A stretch of DNA of 64,000 nucleotides from an uncultured Rickettsiales bacterium (GCA_964436045.1 CAYTBN010000021.1:7642-71641), one strand, 5' to 3'. Positions 21,717 to 32,415 are shown, numbered from the stretch's first letter. The notes: a model not told the origin generated them from the letters alone. Program-made: numbers and translations.

Positions 21717-23642
21717 ATGGCGACCCCCCCCTACAGGCCCTATCTTTCCGCCGTCTTCACGGCCGCGGGCGTGGGCGCGGTCTGGGGCCTCCTCGACGGC
21801 CTGGCGACCTGGGAACGGACGGCCTTGTTCCTGCGCGCGGGCGAGGTGGCGGCCCTGCTCGCGGTCGGGATCGGCATCGGAACGAGCCTCGGCGTGGCCG
21901 TCGGCGCGGCCGCGGGCATCCTTCGACGGCTGCGCGGACCGCTGGCCTCCGGCGCCCTGGCGCTGTCGACCATCACGGTGATCACGGCGGTCGCACGCCT
22001 GGTGCGCGAGCCGGTGCTGGGGCGCGACGTACAGCTCCTTCCCGGCGGAGTGCCGACGGCCGCCGCGGTGTCGGTGGCAGCCGGGCTGGTACCGCTGGTG
22101 TCCGTGCTGCTGCTGGAGCGGCGCCGGCTGATCCCGGCCCTTGCCCTGTGGAAGCTGTGGGCAGTGGTGCTGGTGCTCGTGATCTGGTTCACCCCGCGGC
22201 CGCCGTTCCAGGTGCCCGATGGCGCGCCAGCCGCCCAGGGCGCGCCCTCCCTGCTGCTGGTGACCCTCGACACCTTCCGCGCCGACCACGTGGGAGCCCT
22301 GGGTGCCACGGGCGATCCGACCCCCAACCTGGACCAGCTCGCCCGCCGCGGTGCCCTGTTCACCCGGGCCTATTCCCAGATCCCGATCACCGGTCCCTCC
22401 CACATGTCGATCCTGTCCGGCACCTACCCGTGGACCCACGACACCATGGCCAACGGGGTGGCCGTGCCCGAGTCGGTCCCGGTGCTCCCGGAGATCGCCC
22501 TGGCCGCCGGTTACCGCACCGCGGCCTTCGTCAGCGCCTTTGTCCTCGACGGCGTGTTCGGCTACGGGCGTGGATTCCAGGTGTACGACGACGCCCTGCT
22601 GGAGCCCAAGGGAGTCCACGATCTGTCGACGATGCGGGTCTGGGAACAGCTGCGGGTGCGGTTCGGCAGCATCTCCGACGTCGAACGGAGTGGGGACCAG
22701 ACGGTGGATGACGCCGTCGCCTGGCTCGAGTCCCTGGACGGTGACGAGCCGTTCGTATTGTGGGTTCACCTGTTCGATGCCCACGGCCCCTACGAGCCGC
22801 CGCCGCCGTTCGACGGGGCGTATTACGAGGGCGATCCCCGGGATCCGGCCCACACCAGCCTGGCGGAGGTCACCGGAGTCGCCGAGTACATGAAGCCCAG
22901 CCTGGCGGGGATCACCGACCTGGCGTGGCCGGTGGCCCAGTACAAGGGAGAGGTGGCGTTCACCGACCGGCAGCTCGGGCGGTTGCTCAAGGCGCTCGCG
23001 GACGGGGGGCGGGACGAGGATACGGCGGTCCTCGTGGTCGGCGACCACGGCGAGAGCCTCGTCGAGCACGACTACTACCTCAACCACGGCGCCCACCTCT
23101 ACGGGCCCTCCACCCGGGTCCCGCTGGTGCTGGTGGCGCCCGGTCGCGTACCGGCGGGGGTGGTGGTCGAAGACATCGTCGAGAACGTGGACCTGCTGCC
23201 GACCTTGCTGCCGATGCTGGGCTTGCCCCCGGCACCCGGGCTCCCCGGGTCGGACCTGGCGCCGGTCATCGAAGGGGGCTCGGACGGGGACGATCTGGCC
23301 TGGACGATCTGCTTCGATCGCGAGGCCAACAAGGCGAAGGACGCCTTCATGCGTTACCGTCGGGTCGGCATACGCTCCGGGAGCATGTCCTTCGTCTATC
23401 GCGAGGAGGGGCCCGAGGAGCTGTACGACCTGACCGCCGACCCCGGCGAGGAACACAACCTGGCTGCCCAGGCCGATCAGGGATACCTGGTCCAGACTCT
23501 GTCGGAAAAAGCCGAAGAGGTCCTGGCGTCGGCCGGGTCGGGGGCCCAGGATCGGGCGTCCGGTGCGCTGGGTGCCGGCATCGAGGAGCGGCTGCGACAG
23601 CTGGGGTACATCGAGGACGACGAGGCCGGGGGAGGGGAGTAG
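21717..23642 (+). CDS. sulfatase-like (LtaS/EptA/OpgB-type) membrane hydrolase/transferase: N-terminal multi-TM region + periplasmic sulfatase domain
   Basis: About 5 TM helices are followed by LLLVTLDTFRADHVGALG…SQIPITGPSHMSILSGTYPWTHD (sulfatase/AP-superfamily metal-site motifs). ATG at 21717. Confidence 0.85.
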   Translation: MATPPYRPYLSAVFTAAGVGAVWGLLDGLATWERTALFLRAGEVAALLAVGIGIGTSLGVAVGAAAGILRRLRGPLASGALALSTITVITAVARLVREPVLGRDVQLLPGGVPTAAAVSVAAGLVPLVSVLLLERRRLIPALALWKLWAVVLVLVIWFTPRPPFQVPDGAPAAQGAPSLLLVTLDTFRADHVGALGATGDPTPNLDQLARRGALFTRAYSQIPITGPSHMSILSGTYPWTHDTMANGVAVPESVPVLPEIALAAGYRTAAFVSAFVLDGVFGYGRGFQVYDDALLEPKGVHDLSTMRVWEQLRVRFGSISDVERSGDQTVDDAVAWLESLDGDEPFVLWVHLFDAHGPYEPPPPFDGAYYEGDPRDPAHTSLAEVTGVAEYMKPSLAGITDLAWPVAQYKGEVAFTDRQLGRLLKALADGGRDEDTAVLVVGDHGESLVEHDYYLNHGAHLYGPSTRVPLVLVAPGRVPAGVVVEDIVENVDLLPTLLPMLGLPPAPGLPGSDLAPVIEGGSDGDDLAWTICFDREANKAKDAFMRYRRVGIRSGSMSFVYREEGPEELYDLTADPGEEHNLAAQADQGYLVQTLSEKAEEVLASAGSGAQDRASGALGAGIEERLRQLGYIEDDEAGGGE

Positions 23643-23649
23643 GGCAGAC

Positions 23650-25548
23650 ATGGGCGACGGCATCCGACGGTGGCCACTCCCGGGGGCGGGTCTCGGCTGG
23701 TCGATCGCGCTGGTGGCCCTGGGGTGGACTCTGCCCCATCAGCTCGGCTTCGTGGACTCCCTGGGCTGGGGGGTGCTGTTGCTGCTGGTGGTCCCGGGCG
23801 CGGCCGGCGCCGCGCTGGCGAGCTTCGTGGGATTACTCGTGGGGCTGGTCGGCCGCCGAAGCCCCGGGGAGATCGGCGTCGGGGGACGCTGGTTGTCGCG
23901 CGGCGCCCTCAGTCTGGGTGCGGTGGCCTTGCTACTGACGTCGATCAGCGGGCTGGCGCCACCAGCGCGGCTGCACACCAAGCTCGTGGTCTACGGTGTC
24001 GACGGGGCCACGTGGTCGGTGATCGATGGCATCCAGCCCCTGGGCATGTTGCCGGCCTTCGAGCAGCTTCGAGCCGAGGGTGCGTCCGGCGAACTGCGCT
24101 CCATCGAGCCCATGCTCAGCCCCATCGTCTGGACGACCATCGCCAGCGGGGTCGGCATCGACCGGCATGGCATCGCCGGCTTCCACGTGAACAACGACGA
24201 GTGCCAGTCCGCGCGGTTCTGGGACGTGCTCGAGGACCGGGGGATGGTGGTCGGGACCTACAAGTGGCTGGTGACCTACCCCCCCCGTGAGGTCAGCGGC
24301 TTCATGGTCCCCGGCTGGCTGGCCACCGGGCCCGAGGTGGTGCCGGTGGATCTGTCGTTCGCCCGTGCCTTCGAGCAGAGCCGCAAGGCGCGCTTCCGGG
24401 GCGCGGGCGGCCAGCAACCCGCACAGCCGGCGGCCGAGACGGTCGGACCGGTGCGGTACGTCAGCCAGGGAGTGCGCCACGGCCTGCGGCTGACCACCCT
24501 GGTCGATCTCGCGTGGTTCAGCGTGGGCAGCAAGCTGCGCCCACCCGCCGACGAGGACCGGATGGTCGCGATCCAGACGCTGCGAGCCCGGATCGATCGC
24601 GATCTGTTCTTCGGGCTGTTGACCCGATTCGACCCGGACGTGGCCACGTTCACCTACTATCCGACCGACGCGGTCGCACACCGCATGTGGCGCTACTACG
24701 AGCCGGACCAGTTCGGCGGCGTCGACGCCGCGACCGAGCACTACTGGGATGCCGTCCCCGCCACCTACCGGGAGGCGGACGAGACCCTGGCCCAGCTGCG
24801 CCGCCGGCTCCCCGAGGACGTCCTGCTGATGGTGATCTCGGATCACGGCATGACCGCAGCTGGCAGCGAGGGAGGGGTGGCCGTGTTCGGACTCCGCGCT
24901 GGCGAGGTCGAGGCGGCCCTCGACGCGGCCGGTGCCGCGGTGGACGTCTCGCAGCTGGGGATGAAGGTCACCGTCGCGGTGGCCCAGGGCAGCGCGATGG
25001 GCTCGGACGAGGTGGCCGGCTTGCTGGGCCAGTTCACCCTCGGTGGCCGCCCGCTGTTCTCCCTCGAGGATCTCTCGACCGGGGTGTTCGGGTTGACCCT
25101 GGCGGTGGAGGGGGACGCCCGCGCCCGTGCCTCCGAGCAGGTGAGCCTGCCCGACGGATCGACCGTGCCCTTCGAGAACTTCCTGAGGATGCGCGCCGAC
25201 TATTCGGGCGTGCACAGGGAGGACGGCGTGATCCTGATGGCCGGGCCCGGCGTACAGAAGGGCGCCACCATCGACGGTGCGGACCTGTACGACATCGCCC
25301 CGACCGTGCTCGCGGCCCTCGGCGTGCCGCCCTCCGCCGAGATGGAGGGCCGGGTCCTCGACGAGGCCTTCGAGGCCGCGCCGTCGGTGGACGGGGGGCC
25401 GGACAGCTACGGGGATCTGCTGGCTGGCTTCCGCTTCCTGGCGGCCGCCAGAGGCGACGGTGGCGACGCAGCCCTCGAGGAGCGGTTGCGGGCGCTGGGC
25501 TACGTGGACGGCCCCCGGGAACCCTCCGAGCCCCCGGAGGAACCGTGA
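23650..25548 (+). CDS. alkaline-phosphatase-superfamily protein (type I phosphodiesterase / nucleotide pyrophosphatase-like) with N-terminal TM segments
   Basis: The ATG lies 8 nt after the sulfatase stop. The sequence KLVVYGVDGATWSVIDG…PMLSPIVWTTIASGVGIDRHGI matches the PF01663-type core. A hydrophobic N-terminal region is present. Confidence 0.8.
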   Translation: MGDGIRRWPLPGAGLGWSIALVALGWTLPHQLGFVDSLGWGVLLLLVVPGAAGAALASFVGLLVGLVGRRSPGEIGVGGRWLSRGALSLGAVALLLTSISGLAPPARLHTKLVVYGVDGATWSVIDGIQPLGMLPAFEQLRAEGASGELRSIEPMLSPIVWTTIASGVGIDRHGIAGFHVNNDECQSARFWDVLEDRGMVVGTYKWLVTYPPREVSGFMVPGWLATGPEVVPVDLSFARAFEQSRKARFRGAGGQQPAQPAAETVGPVRYVSQGVRHGLRLTTLVDLAWFSVGSKLRPPADEDRMVAIQTLRARIDRDLFFGLLTRFDPDVATFTYYPTDAVAHRMWRYYEPDQFGGVDAATEHYWDAVPATYREADETLAQLRRRLPEDVLLMVISDHGMTAAGSEGGVAVFGLRAGEVEAALDAAGAAVDVSQLGMKVTVAVAQGSAMGSDEVAGLLGQFTLGGRPLFSLEDLSTGVFGLTLAVEGDARARASEQVSLPDGSTVPFENFLRMRADYSGVHREDGVILMAGPGVQKGATIDGADLYDIAPTVLAALGVPPSAEMEGRVLDEAFEAAPSVDGGPDSYGDLLAGFRFLAAARGDGGDAALEERLRALGYVDGPREPSEPPEEP

Positions 25549-25729
25549 GAGGTTGTGAAAATATCCCACTCCCGTCGTCTCGAACCCGATCCGCACCCAT
25601 CTGCTGCTCCCCGGCTTCGCGGCGATGGAGAGACATCGCCTTGTCGCCGGTGCTTGCATCCGGGCACGCCTCGGGCCCGATACTCGGTCCGGGGATAATT
25701 TCACAACCTCTGAGCGAGTCGAGCCCGCC

Positions 25730-26806
25730 ATGCGTCTGATGGTCGTGTCCCGGCGCTATCCGCCGGATCAGTTCAGCGGCACCGAGACCGTCATCGCCAA
25801 CGTGGTCGAGCGGGCGCGTCGCCGCCACGAGGTGCGGCTGGTCGCGGGCTGGCAGCAGGACCCGACCCTGCTCCCGGCCGACGCCCGCAAGGTCCAGCTG
25901 GCCGGAGCGCCCAAGCCCGTGGGCTGGGCGCGCCTGGCCCGGGCAGCGGCGGACGAGGCGCGGATCTTCCGGCCCGACGTGGTGCTCTCCAACTCCATCG
26001 AGACGCCCACCGGACTGGCCCCGACGGTGACCATCGTCTACGACTTCAACTTCGGCAGCTCACAGCGGCTGGCCACCGCGCGGCTGCGTGGCGCGTTCTA
26101 CCGGTTCCAGTCCCGACGGCTGGCCAAGGTGGTCGTGATCTCCGAGGCCACCCGCCGGTTCGCCATCGAGCGCGGCTTCCCGGCCGACAAGCTCGAGGTG
26201 ATCTATCCGGGCGTGGACGTGGATCGATTCCGGCCGGATCCCGAGGTCCCACCCCTGCCTCCGCGGGGGGAGCCGGCGGTGCTGGCGTATCCCTCCCGGA
26301 TCCTGCCCGGCAAGGCCCAGCACCTGGCCATCGAGGCATTTGCCCGGCTGCCCGAACCCTGGCGGGAGCGCGCGGAGCTGCGGATCGTCGGCGCGGTGGC
26401 GGACGAGGAGTACCTGGCGGAGCTGCGCCGGGCGGCGGCCGGCCTGAACGTCAGCTTCCATACCGACGTGGCGGATATCGTGCCCCACTACCGGTCCGCC
26501 CACGTGATCCTGTTCCCGACGATGATGGAGGAGGGATTCGGCTACACGGCGGCCGAAGGGATGGCGTGTGGCAAGCCAGTGGTCCACTTCCGCTGCGCCG
26601 CGGTGGACGAGGCCTGCACGGGCGCCGCGGTGGGGGTGCCCGCGGGGGACACGTCGGCGATGGCTGCGGCGGTCGTCGAACTGCTGGGGGCGCCGGAGCG
26701 CTGCGCGGAGCTGGGGCGCGCCGGGAGGCGGCGGGTGGAACAGACCTTCTCCTGGGACGCGATCTGGGCGCGCTACCGGGAGGTCCTGTTCTCTATCGTC
26801 CGCTGA
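25730..26806 (+). CDS. glycosyltransferase family 4 (GT-B) protein
   Basis: MRLMVVSRRYPPDQFSGTE… is followed by the C-terminal …PTMMEEGFGYTAAEGMACGKPVV… (E-x7-E GT4 motif). Confidence 0.85.
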   Translation: MRLMVVSRRYPPDQFSGTETVIANVVERARRRHEVRLVAGWQQDPTLLPADARKVQLAGAPKPVGWARLARAAADEARIFRPDVVLSNSIETPTGLAPTVTIVYDFNFGSSQRLATARLRGAFYRFQSRRLAKVVVISEATRRFAIERGFPADKLEVIYPGVDVDRFRPDPEVPPLPPRGEPAVLAYPSRILPGKAQHLAIEAFARLPEPWRERAELRIVGAVADEEYLAELRRAAAGLNVSFHTDVADIVPHYRSAHVILFPTMMEEGFGYTAAEGMACGKPVVHFRCAAVDEACTGAAVGVPAGDTSAMAAAVVELLGAPERCAELGRAGRRRVEQTFSWDAIWARYREVLFSIVR

Positions 26807-26846
26807 GCGGCTAAGGTCCGGGGAACCACGAGGCGAGGAGGCGGCG

Positions 26847-28073
26847 GTGAAGTGGTACGGGTTCGATGAAGGGCGGATCGGGGTCGGCCACGCCTGGACT
26901 GCCGCCCAGGTCCGCGACCGGATCGAGGACGTCTTCGGGACCCTCGGGGATCGCCTGCCCGCGGCCGGCGAACCGGTACTGATCAAGCCCAACCTGAACA
27001 ACGACCTGCCGCCCCTGTCGGGAAACGCCACGGACCTGCGGGTGCTCGCCGCGCTGCTGGGGGTCCTGCGGGATCGCGGTCACGGGGACCTCACCATCGC
27101 CGACGGGCACAACGTGGGCATGGAGCGCCGCCGTATCGACGGCTTCCGCCGCCTGCGGGTGGATCGGCTGGCCCGCCACCACGGCGCCCGCACCGTCGAC
27201 CTCAACCGCAGCGAGGGGCGGGAGGTTCGTCTGGCCACGGGGCCAACCCAGGTGGCTCGGGAGGTGCTGGACGCGCCCTTCCTGATCGCGGTGCCGAAGA
27301 TCAAGACCCACGCCGAGGCCGGACTGAGCCTGGCGATGAAGATCTGGGTCGGATCGGTGGTCGCGCAGCACAAGCGGGAAGTCCACCACGATCTGGCCCG
27401 GAACATCGCCGCGCTCGGCCGGGTGATCCGACCCCACCTGATCCTGCTGGACGGGCTGGTGGGCATGGAGGGCAACGGCCCGGGGGATGGCACCCCGTTC
27501 CGGATGGAGACCCTGGTCGCGAGCCGCCACACCGCCCTAGTGGACGTGGCCGCCGCCCGGCTGGTCGATCATCCCGTGTCCCGGATCCCGCCGCTGGTGC
27601 GGGCCATCGAGGCCGGTGATCTGGCAGCCGACCTGCCGACGCGGGTGGCGGCCGCCATTCCGGTCCAGCGGGCCATCGAGGCGGCGCCACCGCGGGGCAA
27701 GCTCGCACCCCTGAGCGAACACCGCTTGCTGCGCCCGCTCAAGCTCGCCGTGCGGCCCTTCGTGGACAACCCGGCTGTCAGCGGCGCCGCCTACCGGTTG
27801 GGCGTGATCCAGGATCGCTACTCCGCGGAGGACGACGGGATCACCTCGTTCTTCCGCCGCGAGGGGCTCTGCACCCGCTGCGGACGGTGCGCGGAGGTCT
27901 GTCCGATGAGCATCCCCTGGGAGTACATCGGCGCACAGGAGCAGGGGCAGAGCTGTATCTCCTGCCTCTCCTGCTTCTGGATCTGCCCGACCGACGCGAT
28001 CCAGACCGCCGGCCGCCGGGGTTTCATGGAGGCCCACGTCCAGCGCTACAAGGACGCCATCAGCCGCCTCTGA
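26847..28073 (+). CDS. DUF362-domain protein with C-terminal 2x[4Fe-4S] ferredoxin-like motifs
   Basis: GTG follows GAGGAGG by 5 nt. Sequence includes LIKPNLNND…KTHAEAGLSLAMKIWVGSV…GMEGNGPGDG (DUF362). Two cysteine clusters follow: CTRCGRCAEVCP and CISCLSCFWICP. Confidence 0.8.
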   Translation: MKWYGFDEGRIGVGHAWTAAQVRDRIEDVFGTLGDRLPAAGEPVLIKPNLNNDLPPLSGNATDLRVLAALLGVLRDRGHGDLTIADGHNVGMERRRIDGFRRLRVDRLARHHGARTVDLNRSEGREVRLATGPTQVAREVLDAPFLIAVPKIKTHAEAGLSLAMKIWVGSVVAQHKREVHHDLARNIAALGRVIRPHLILLDGLVGMEGNGPGDGTPFRMETLVASRHTALVDVAAARLVDHPVSRIPPLVRAIEAGDLAADLPTRVAAAIPVQRAIEAAPPRGKLAPLSEHRLLRPLKLAVRPFVDNPAVSGAAYRLGVIQDRYSAEDDGITSFFRREGLCTRCGRCAEVCPMSIPWEYIGAQEQGQSCISCLSCFWICPTDAIQTAGRRGFMEAHVQRYKDAISRL

Positions 28074-28153
28074 CACCCTGCCCTTGCCCCCTTCCCCTCC
28101 CCGGCGCGCCCCGGCCCGTGACGCCGACGGGCCGATCGCCGTACCATGCCCCC

Positions 28154-29017
28154 ATGGACAAGATCGACCGCAAGGTGTGGTCCTTCCTGCCCGGGACGGT
28201 CCCGCTCCAGCGCTGCGCCGTCCCGGATGTGATGGCCAGCCGAGGCTACGAGATCGAGAGCTTCCCGGCGCTGGTGGAGGCGGTGGCCTCGGTGGGCTAC
28301 GCCAACCGCCGCCACAACCTGTTCTTCCGGGGCCAGGGCGCGGACTACACGATCCCCAGCCAGGGTAGACACAGCCGCATCGCCTCGGTGCTGCCATCCA
28401 TCTACCGGCCGCCGCGGGGGAACAAGACCATCCCCGGGGCCTTGCTGACCGAGCGTTTCGACGAACTCGACGCGCTGGCCGACGAGGTGGCGGCGAGCTA
28501 CCGCGGGAGCGGCCACTTCGGCTCGTGGAAGCGCATCGGCCGCTACCCGGAGCTGCGCTGGGCATTACTCCAGCACTATCAGGTCTGCCCGACGCCCCTG
28601 ATCGACCTGACCCAGTCCCTGCGGGTGGCGGCGAGCTTCGCCACCGGCAGCGGGCGTGGCAAGTACGCGATCCTGCAGGCGTTCGGTCTGCCCCACGTCA
28701 ACGGCAGCATCTCGTACCACGTGGACGAGAGCCTGGTGATCGTCAAGCTACAGTCCATCTGTCCGCCGGCCGCCAAGCGCGCCCACTACCAGGAAGGGTT
28801 CCTGGCCGCGCATTTCCCCGCCACCCGGGAACGGACCCCGGCGGTGAACCTCGGCTATCGGATGCTCGCCAAGTTCCGGCTGCGCAAGGAGGGGTTCTGG
28901 GACGACGAGTTCTCCCGGATCCCCTGGCCCGCGCTGATGCCGGAAGACGACGCGATCAAGGGCTACTTCGACGGCGTGCTCGGGCGCTACCTGGCCAGGG
29001 TCCGGGGCGAAGCATAA
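28154..29017 (+). CDS. FRG-domain protein
   Basis: …NLFFRGQGADYTIPS…LQHYQVCPTPLIDLTQSLRVAASFA… carries the conserved FRG and TPLxD(W/L)T signatures of the FRG domain. Confidence 0.65.
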   Translation: MDKIDRKVWSFLPGTVPLQRCAVPDVMASRGYEIESFPALVEAVASVGYANRRHNLFFRGQGADYTIPSQGRHSRIASVLPSIYRPPRGNKTIPGALLTERFDELDALADEVAASYRGSGHFGSWKRIGRYPELRWALLQHYQVCPTPLIDLTQSLRVAASFATGSGRGKYAILQAFGLPHVNGSISYHVDESLVIVKLQSICPPAAKRAHYQEGFLAAHFPATRERTPAVNLGYRMLAKFRLRKEGFWDDEFSRIPWPALMPEDDAIKGYFDGVLGRYLARVRGEA

Positions 29018-29018
29018 G

Positions 29019-30374
29019 TTGCACGTCGTCGTGATCGGGGACCGATCCCCCGCGCTGGACGAGGCGCGCGGGCTGGCGGCCGCGGGGAGACTGCGGCTGA
29101 CCGTGCTGGACGGCCGCGAGCGCGAACCGCTGGCGGCCATGGATCCCGCCGATCACGCCCTGGTCGGCGCGAGCGTGCCCCTGTTCCACCTGCACGATCT
29201 GCTTCGCCGGGCCGGGGCGACGGGTCCGGGGGCGGTGACACTGCTGGGAGACGCCCCCGTCCCGCCGAGCCCGCGGATCGGGTATCGGGACCGGCCCTGG
29301 CTGGCGGGGATCGCGCTGTTGCCCGGCACCGATCCGCCGCCGCGACCCTGGTCGGCGCCGCTCACCCGGATCGCAGACCTGGCGTCGGCGCTGTCGGACG
29401 CGGGTCCGCCGCCCGTGCGGCTGGCGGAGCGGCCCTGTTCGTTCCCGCCGCGACTGCAGATCCAGACCACCACCGCCTGCGCGGCCGGTTGCGCCTGGTG
29501 TCCGCATCCCGGGCCGGGCGCGGCCCTGGAGCGGATGGACGAGGGGCTGTTCGGCGATCTGATGGACCAGTGCGGCGCCGGAGCCGCGGTCTTCCTCGAG
29601 TTCTACCTGCACGCGGAGCCGCTGGACGACCTCCGGCTGCCACGGCTGATGGCCAGGGCGCGGCGGAGTTGCCCCGGGGCGACGCTGGCGGTCTCGACCC
29701 ACGAGCGGGCCGCGCTCTCGTCGCGAATCGAGCGGGCATGGGGCGGTGCGCTGGACGTGGTCTACGTGTCCATCGATCCCCGGGACGCCCGCCCCCTGGC
29801 GGAACGACTCGGCGAGCTGGCGCGCCGACGCCGCGAGCTGGCCGACGAGGGGACCTCGCTGGTGGCGACCTGCCTGACCGATCTGCTCCCGCCGGGCGGC
29901 CGCGGCCGGCTGCGGCGCGCCTGCCGGACGCTGGACCTACCCCTGCAAAGCTACCGGACCACCTGTCGGACCGGCGATGTCGCCCCCTCCGAGCTGGGCG
30001 TGACCACCGCCGGTCCGGCACCCGATCCGGTGTGCGTTCGCCCCTTCGCCAAGGCCTATCTGCGGTGGGACGGCGCGCTGGTGGGGTGCTGCGAGGACTG
30101 GCGCTACGGGCGCATCCTGGGGGACGCGCGCCGCCAACCGCTGGCGGAGCTGTGGAACGGCGAGGCCTATCGTCGGTGGCGTCGCGCGCTGCTGGAGGGT
30201 CGGGCCGAGGGGCCCTGTGGACGCTGCGAGTTCAGCGGCGCCGTCCGCGCCGGGAGCCGTGGCCCGGACCCCGCCCACGCCGTGCAGGGGTCCGCGACGG
30301 GCCGGGGATCCCCAGGTCGCGCTGCTCCAGCTCCATCAGCTGGTCGCGAACCTCGGCGGCCTCCTCGAACTTGA
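29019..30374 (+). CDS. radical SAM protein with C-terminal SPASM/twitch-like Cys motifs and a ~150-aa N-terminal extension
   Basis: [15 protein letters not shown] is a CxxxCxxC radical SAM cluster motif. The C-terminus …CVRPF…GCCEDW…GPCGRCEF supplies auxiliary-cluster cysteines. TTG start lies 2 nt after the FRG gene stop. The 3' tail overlaps uvrB convergently by ~140 nt, and the last ~40 codons look like read-through. Confidence 0.7.
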   Translation: MHVVVIGDRSPALDEARGLAAAGRLRLTVLDGREREPLAAMDPADHALVGASVPLFHLHDLLRRAGATGPGAVTLLGDAPVPPSPRIGYRDRPWLAGIALLPGTDPPPRPWSAPLTRIADLASALSDAGPPPVRLAERPCSFPPRLQIQTTTACAAGCAWCPHPGPGAALERMDEGLFGDLMDQCGAGAAVFLEFYLHAEPLDDLRLPRLMARARRSCPGATLAVSTHERAALSSRIERAWGGALDVVYVSIDPRDARPLAERLGELARRRRELADEGTSLVATCLTDLLPPGGRGRLRRACRTLDLPLQSYRTTCRTGDVAPSELGVTTAGPAPDPVCVRPFAKAYLRWDGALVGCCEDWRYGRILGDARRQPLAELWNGEAYRRWRRALLEGRAEGPCGRCEFSGAVRAGSRGPDPAHAVQGSATGRGSPGRAAPAPSAGREPRRPPRT

Positions 30375-32301
30375 GGTCCTTGGCCAGCCGGAGCATCCGG
30401 TCCTTGAGCTCCTCGATCACCCGCGGCATGTCCTCGGGGGCCAGGTCCTTGAACGGGTCCTTGGGGTCGGCGGCCACCGGGACGGTGACGTAGTCCGCCT
30501 CGTACACCGACGACATGATGTCCTGGATGTCCTTGCGGATGGTCTCCGGGGTGATGCCGTGCTCCCGGTTGTAGGCAACCTGCTTGGCCCGCCGGCGATC
30601 GGTCTCATCCATGGCGTTGCGCATCGACCGGGTGATCGTGTCGGCGTACATGATCACCCGGCCACCGACGTTTCGCGCGGCCCGGCCGAAGGTCTGGATC
30701 AGCGAGCGGGTCGCCCGCAAGAAACCCTCCTTGTCCGCGTCCAGGATCGCGACCAGCGAGACCTCGGGCAGGTCGAGACCCTCCCGCAGCAGGTTGATGC
30801 CCACCAGCACGTCGAACTCGCCGAGGCGCAGGTCGCGAATGATCTCGATCCGCTCGAGGGTCTCGGTGTCGGCGTGCATGTAGCGGACCTTCACACCCAG
30901 GTCCTCGTAGTACTCGGTGAGGTCCTCGGCCATCCGCTTGGTCAAGGTGGTGACCAGCACCCGCTCGTTGCGCTTCGCACGCTCGCGGATCTCGGCGAGC
31001 AGGTCGTCGACCTGATCGGTGGCGGGCCGGATCTCGATCTCGGGATCCACCAGCCCGGTGGGCCGGATGACCTGTTCGACGACCTCACCCCCGGTCAGCT
31101 CGAGCTCGTAGTCGCCGGGGGTGGCGGACACGAACACGATCTGGTTCAGCTGGTCGTTGAACTCATCGAAGGTCAGCGGACGATTGTCGAGGGCTGACGG
31201 GAGCCGGAAGCCGTGATCGACCAGGGTCAGCTTGCGGCTCCGGTCCCCCTTGTACATCGCGCCGACCTGGGGGATGGAGGCGTGGCTCTCGTCCACGAAC
31301 AACACAAAATCGTCGGGGAAGTACTCCAGCAGGGTGGGCGGCGCCTCGCCCTCGGCGCGGCCGGTGAGGTGCCGCGAGTAGTTCTCGATGCCGTGGCAGT
31401 GCCCCAGCTCCTCGAGGGACTCCAGGTCGAACAGGGTGCGCTGCTCGAGCCGCTGGGCCTCGAGCAGCCGCCCCTGGTCTCGCAGCAGCGTCAGCCGCTC
31501 GCCGAGCTCGTCGCGGACGTGGCCCAGGGCGACCCGAAGGTGATCCTCCGGGGTCACGTAGTGGGTGGCGGGGAAGATGGCCACCCTGTCCAGATCCTCG
31601 ACCGCCTGCCCCCGCAGGGGATCGATGGCGCTGATCTTCTCGACCGTGTCGCCCCAGAATTCGATGCGGATCGCCTGCTGGTCCTCGTACGCGGGGAACA
31701 CCTCGATCACGTCGCCGCGGACGCGGAAGGTGCCCCGGTGGAAGTCCATGTCCCGCCGTTCGTAGCGGATGTCCACCAGCTTGCGCAGCACCGCGTCGCG
31801 GTTGGCCTCCTGGCCCCGATCGAGGGTCACGATCATGTCGTAGTAGGCCTCGGCCGATCCCAGGCCGAAGATGCAGGACACCGAGCTGACGATGATCACG
31901 TCCCGGCGGGTCAGCAACGAGCGGGTCGCGGCCAGCCGCAACCGATCGATGCGGTCGTTGATCTGGCTGTCCTTCTCGATGTAGGTGTCCGTGGACGGGA
32001 CGTAGGCCTCGGGCTGGTAGTAGTCGTAGTAGCTGACGAAGTACTCGACCGCGTTGTGCGGGAAGAGCTCCTTGAACTCGCCGTAGAGCTGGGCGGCCAG
32101 GATCTTGTTGTGGGCCAGCACCAGCGCCGGCCTCTGCACGCGCTGGATCAACTGGGCGACCGTGAACGTCTTGCCCGTGCCCGTCGCGCCGAGCAACACT
32201 TGCTGGCGGCGTCCCTGCTCGATCCCGTCGAACAGGGCCTGGATGGCCCCGGGTTGATCCCCCCGGGGAACCAGATCGGTGCTCAGCTGGAAGCGATTCA
32301 T
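30232..32301 (-). CDS. uvrB: excinuclease ABC subunit B
   Basis: [23 protein letters not shown]…[10 protein letters not shown]…[17 protein letters not shown]… is collinear with E. coli UvrB along its full length, including the C-terminal UVR domain. Confidence 0.95.
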   Translation of the reverse strand: MNRFQLSTDLVPRGDQPGAIQALFDGIEQGRRQQVLLGATGTGKTFTVAQLIQRVQRPALVLAHNKILAAQLYGEFKELFPHNAVEYFVSYYDYYQPEAYVPSTDTYIEKDSQINDRIDRLRLAATRSLLTRRDVIIVSSVSCIFGLGSAEAYYDMIVTLDRGQEANRDAVLRKLVDIRYERRDMDFHRGTFRVRGDVIEVFPAYEDQQAIRIEFWGDTVEKISAIDPLRGQAVEDLDRVAIFPATHYVTPEDHLRVALGHVRDELGERLTLLRDQGRLLEAQRLEQRTLFDLESLEELGHCHGIENYSRHLTGRAEGEAPPTLLEYFPDDFVLFVDESHASIPQVGAMYKGDRSRKLTLVDHGFRLPSALDNRPLTFDEFNDQLNQIVFVSATPGDYELELTGGEVVEQVIRPTGLVDPEIEIRPATDQVDDLLAEIRERAKRNERVLVTTLTKRMAEDLTEYYEDLGVKVRYMHADTETLERIEIIRDLRLGEFDVLVGINLLREGLDLPEVSLVAILDADKEGFLRATRSLIQTFGRAARNVGGRVIMYADTITRSMRNAMDETDRRRAKQVAYNREHGITPETIRKDIQDIMSSVYEADYVTVPVAADPKDPFKDLAPEDMPRVIEELKDRMLRLAKDLKFEEAAEVRDQLMELEQRDLGIPGPSRTPARRGRGPGHGSRRGRRR

Positions 32302-32415
32302 GGGATCTCCGCCGCCGTCGCCGGGACGGTATCACCGCGGGCGCATCGATCCGTGGCTCGGCGGCCAGCGGACGTGGGGGGTCGAGTTGTCGGTGGAGTT
32401 ATTCCTGACGGGCCC

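Noticed and set aside
21630-23663. 677-aa ORF on - strand
   Set aside because: It is antisense to the sulfatase-like gene.
23932-25731. 599-aa ORF on - strand
   Set aside because: It is antisense to the AP-superfamily gene.
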